Shown: one piece after another, positions 61,560-64,000 of the stretch
Position numbering within the stretch: position 1 is the first letter of the stretch
Layout of the letters: each line of letters begins with the position of its first letter
IMG/VR virus record: IMGVR_UViG_3300036793_000047
Location: 148 to 64,147 of that record
Length of the DNA stretch: 64,000 nt
From: a virus
Lineage: Duplodnaviria; Caudoviricetes
Reading direction: 5' to 3' (one strand)
The notes under the pieces: generated by a model
Database searches by the model: none
Told to the model about the DNA's origin: nothing
Seen by the model: the letters and a program-made list of their open reading frames with translations, nothing else
Translations under genes and position numbers: made by a program

Positions 61560-63293
61560 CTAGTCGCCGGCGAGTATGCGCGCAGCAGCTTCAGCAGTGA
61601 TGATCCCAGCGCTCGACAGCCGCTGCAGATCAGCCGGCCCGTACACGCCCATCGCGAGCATGCGCTTGATCTCAGCTTCACCGAACCCTACCGACGCGCT
61701 GATGTCATAGTCAGCGTCCCCGGCGTACTTGCGGTGACCCCACAGCGCGAGCGTGTACGCTTCCAGCCCGCACACTGACGCGAGAGTGTTTTCCGCGTCC
61801 CACACCCACTGACGCCCCATCTTGCGAGTCGCAGCGCCGGCTAGCGCTTTGCGCACGTCGTCGTCTTCAGCGTGACGCAGCTGATCGTCACGGAACGCGT
61901 CGTAAAACTGCCCGCACGCCTGCCCGATGTCGACAGCTGTCGGCTGCTCGACTTTCAGCCCGGCGGCTGTCAGCTCGTCGATCAGCGACCCGGCCGCAGA
62001 GTGCGAGTCGACGACCCAGCACGTCGGGTCATACCGGCGCTCTAGCTCGCACGCACGCTCGACGACCCAGCTCGTGCCCTTGCGGATGTCAGCTAGCTCG
62101 ACACCCCAGCGCCCGTCAGGACGCGAGCCCGCGATCGCGACAGCTGTCGTCCCGCGCTCGCGTTCAGTGCAGATCGCGAACGCCGGCGACCGCGGCCGGT
62201 AGTCATCTCGCATCGTCGTACCGGTCCACCAGTCTTCCGGGATGACAGCCCAGCCGTCTTTCGCCGCCGGGTAGGTCCCGACGCCGAGCCGTTCCCGCGC
62301 GTACGACTCTGCGCTCATCGTGTTGCGCTCGCGCTCACTGTGCTCGTACGTCAGCCGGTAGCCGATGCCAGGGTTCGCCTTCGCGATCGAGCGCCGCGAC
62401 GTCACGTCGTCATGCTCAGTGCAGCTCGGGCGGCAGTGCTCATGATGCGGCACGATCGACCACTCAGCTGCGCCGAGACTCGCGTCAGCCAGCTCAGGCG
62501 AATACTGCAGCTCGTCTTTATCCCACGCGCGCAGCATCCGGTGACGCAGCTCAGCGAGCTGAGACGACGACCGCAGCCCCGCTGACGCCGTGTACAGCAC
62601 TTGCGGATTCAGCGCAGCAGCCATCGACGGCAGCGACGCGCCGACGTCGTCAGCGTTCAGGAACATCGCCTCGTCATAGACGAGCAGACTGACCTTTTCA
62701 AACCCGCGGCCGCTCGACTGCGAACGCGTCTTGTATGCCAGCTCAGGCGCAGTCGACTGCACGACGTCCTCGCGGCCAGGCCCGAGTATCAGCGTCGGCT
62801 CAGCGACGAGCTGCAGCCCCTCGCTGCCGTGCGAGTCTGAGTACGTCCGCACCTTGCGGTCTAGATCCGGGTTCGACTCGATCAGCGTGCGCAGACGCTT
62901 ATACGCGCGCTGCGACGTGTCGAACCTGTGCGCCGTATGGAAGATCAGCGGCTCGCGCAGCAAAAACAGGCCGCCCAGCTCGCGCGCTTCGATGATCGCG
63001 CCCTTGCCGTTCTGCCGCGACACGATGAGCAGAAACTCGAAGGCCGCCCACGCGCCGTCGACGTCTTCGCTGACGATCTGCTGCAGCACCCAGCGTTCCC
63101 ACGGATCGAGCTGCAGACCGCACGACAGCGCCAGGCCGGCGAACTCGTCGACCATCGACGACACGACAGTCTGAGGGAACGACCACAGCCGCGGGCGCTG
63201 ATCCCCGTGACGTGGCGCGTCGACGTCATCCGAACCCGGCGCGTCGCCGCTTCTCACGTCGCTTCGCTGCGAGATCGTCTCGGAGCTGGTCAA
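61560..63293 (-). CDS. terL: Terminase large subunit
   Basis: LDPWERWVL...VSRQNGKG (Walker A)...HTAH...LVYDEAM (Walker B)...YTASAG...ANPGIG...RERLG. Confidence 0.9.
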   Translation of the reverse strand: MTSSETISQRSDVRSGDAPGSDDVDAPRHGDQRPRLWSFPQTVVSSMVDEFAGLALSCGLQLDPWERWVLQQIVSEDVDGAWAAFEFLLIVSRQNGKGAIIEARELGGLFLLREPLIFHTAHRFDTSQRAYKRLRTLIESNPDLDRKVRTYSDSHGSEGLQLVAEPTLILGPGREDVVQSTAPELAYKTRSQSSGRGFEKVSLLVYDEAMFLNADDVGASLPSMAAALNPQVLYTASAGLRSSSQLAELRHRMLRAWDKDELQYSPELADASLGAAEWSIVPHHEHCRPSCTEHDDVTSRRSIAKANPGIGYRLTYEHSERERNTMSAESYARERLGVGTYPAAKDGWAVIPEDWWTGTTMRDDYRPRSPAFAICTERERGTTAVAIAGSRPDGRWGVELADIRKGTSWVVERACELERRYDPTCWVVDSHSAAGSLIDELTAAGLKVEQPTAVDIGQACGQFYDAFRDDQLRHAEDDDVRKALAGAATRKMGRQWVWDAENTLASVCGLEAYTLALWGHRKYAGDADYDISASVGFGEAEIKRMLAMGVYGPADLQRLSSAGIITAEAAARILAGD

Positions 63294-63726
63294 CTAGCTC
63301 CTTCCGCGCCGGGCCATTCGACGCTAGCGCAGCAGCCGCTGCAGCTGCTGCGTCACGACGTTGACGCCCCTCCGTCTCCAGACCCAGCAGACGACTGCGA
63401 CGAGCGCTCACACGCACAAGCCGGTCGATCGCCTTGAGTACAGTCGCCTGGTCCTTGGCCTCAGCGGCCTGGCGCAGCACAGTCTGCGCTGCACGCTCAT
63501 GCGAGTCGAGCCGCGACAGCTCCAGCGTTACGTGCAGATCCGCGCGGTGCGACAGCTCAGCGCGCTGCTGCTCCAGAGCCTGATACACGTCGTCGACTGC
63601 CGCGTGCGCGTTACGCAGCCCCAGCTCGTCAGCGATCGTCTGATACGACAGCCCCGCCTCACGCAGCTGCAGCACACGCTGCCGCCGCGACGCGACGTCG
63701 CGCTGCTTACGAGCGCTCGCGGGCAC
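63226..63726 (-). CDS. terS: Terminase small subunit (HTH N-terminus)
   Basis: RRQRVLQLREAGLSYQTIADELG HTH, coiled coil, RRSRLLGLE; start reassigned to GTG 63726. Confidence 0.6.
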   Translation of the reverse strand: MPASARKQRDVASRRQRVLQLREAGLSYQTIADELGLRNAHAAVDDVYQALEQQRAELSHRADLHVTLELSRLDSHERAAQTVLRQAAEAKDQATVLKAIDRLVRVSARRSRLLGLETEGRQRRDAAAAAAAALASNGPARKELVDQLRDDLAAKRREKRRRAGFG

Positions 63727-63809
63727 TCGATCACCTGCCTCAGCCTGTCCTAGCCTGCTCAGACTGTACGACGACCAGCAGCAGACAGGCGCGACTGCAC
63801 GCCGAACCA

Positions 63810-64000
63810 CAAAGCACGCGCTTTGTCAGGACGCACTGCACCCACCGGCACGGAGGCGCGAAACTGCACCCACCAGCACAGAGGCACGCCACCCGACACG
63901 ACCGGCCCACCACAAGCCGACCCGAGAGGACCGGCCTCCTAGCAGCCCCAAACCGCGCGCGGTCGAGCGTCGGAGAGAAAACGGCCGCTGACACCGCTCA
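63810..64000. other. Genome-end (putative cos/packaging-side) non-coding region
   Basis: C/A-skewed on +, the mirror of the G/T skew at 1-120; upstream of terS. Confidence 0.45.

Noticed and set aside
5-64000. Numerous long antisense or alternate-frame ORFs in the ORF track (e.g. 7691..8524 +, 40907..41926 +, 57454..58659 +, 29472..30209 -)
   Set aside because: Shadow ORFs expected at high GC, opposite well-supported and translationally coupled genes.
1-64000. CRISPR array, tRNA, tmRNA, integrase/attP, IS element
   Set aside because: By eye I saw no regularly spaced repeat-spacer units, no cloverleaf with T-loop/CCA, and no recombinase or transposase motifs. tRNAscan/ARAGORN and HMM searches would be needed to exclude them formally.

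Overview
The window is an essentially complete genome of a tailed (siphovirus-type) actinobacteriophage or excised prophage, about 67-68% GC in the lines I sampled. Read on the minus strand from 64000, it runs: terminase small and large subunits, HK97-type portal, prohead protease, major capsid, a head-module glycosyltransferase-like/methyltransferase pair, adaptor/neck genes, a ~420-nt non-coding and densely base-paired gap where a tail terminator gene would normally sit, major tail, frameshifted tail chaperone, tape measure, and a CBM-bearing minor tail. An unusually enzyme-rich lysis cassette follows (GH25 endolysin, secreted GH16, holin, papain-like peptidase, PLD-family protein, permuted NlpC/P60, HNH), closed by a terminator. 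Next comes a Streptomyces-plasmid/AICE-type transfer module: a TraB-like FtsK ATPase, accessory membrane proteins, a convergent DUF2637 Spd-like gene, and nine TRS-like CCGGAC repeats. A rightward early arm (14.1-31.9 kb) holds an HTH regulator, YqaJ/RecT recombination genes, two HNHs, an Ltp-like protein and many small Cys-rich ORFs. A leftward arm (13.9-0.1 kb) holds an AAA helicase, DUF1643, RuvC, DUF932, a ParB-like protein plus a GREB1/TAGT-like glycosyltransferase, and a terminal HNH-like gene. I saw no integrase, ParA, DNA polymerase, primase, LysB, tRNA or CRISPR array. The strongest lead is a phage that appears to carry its own mycelial dsDNA conjugation system. All family assignments come from motifs read by eye; no database search was run.
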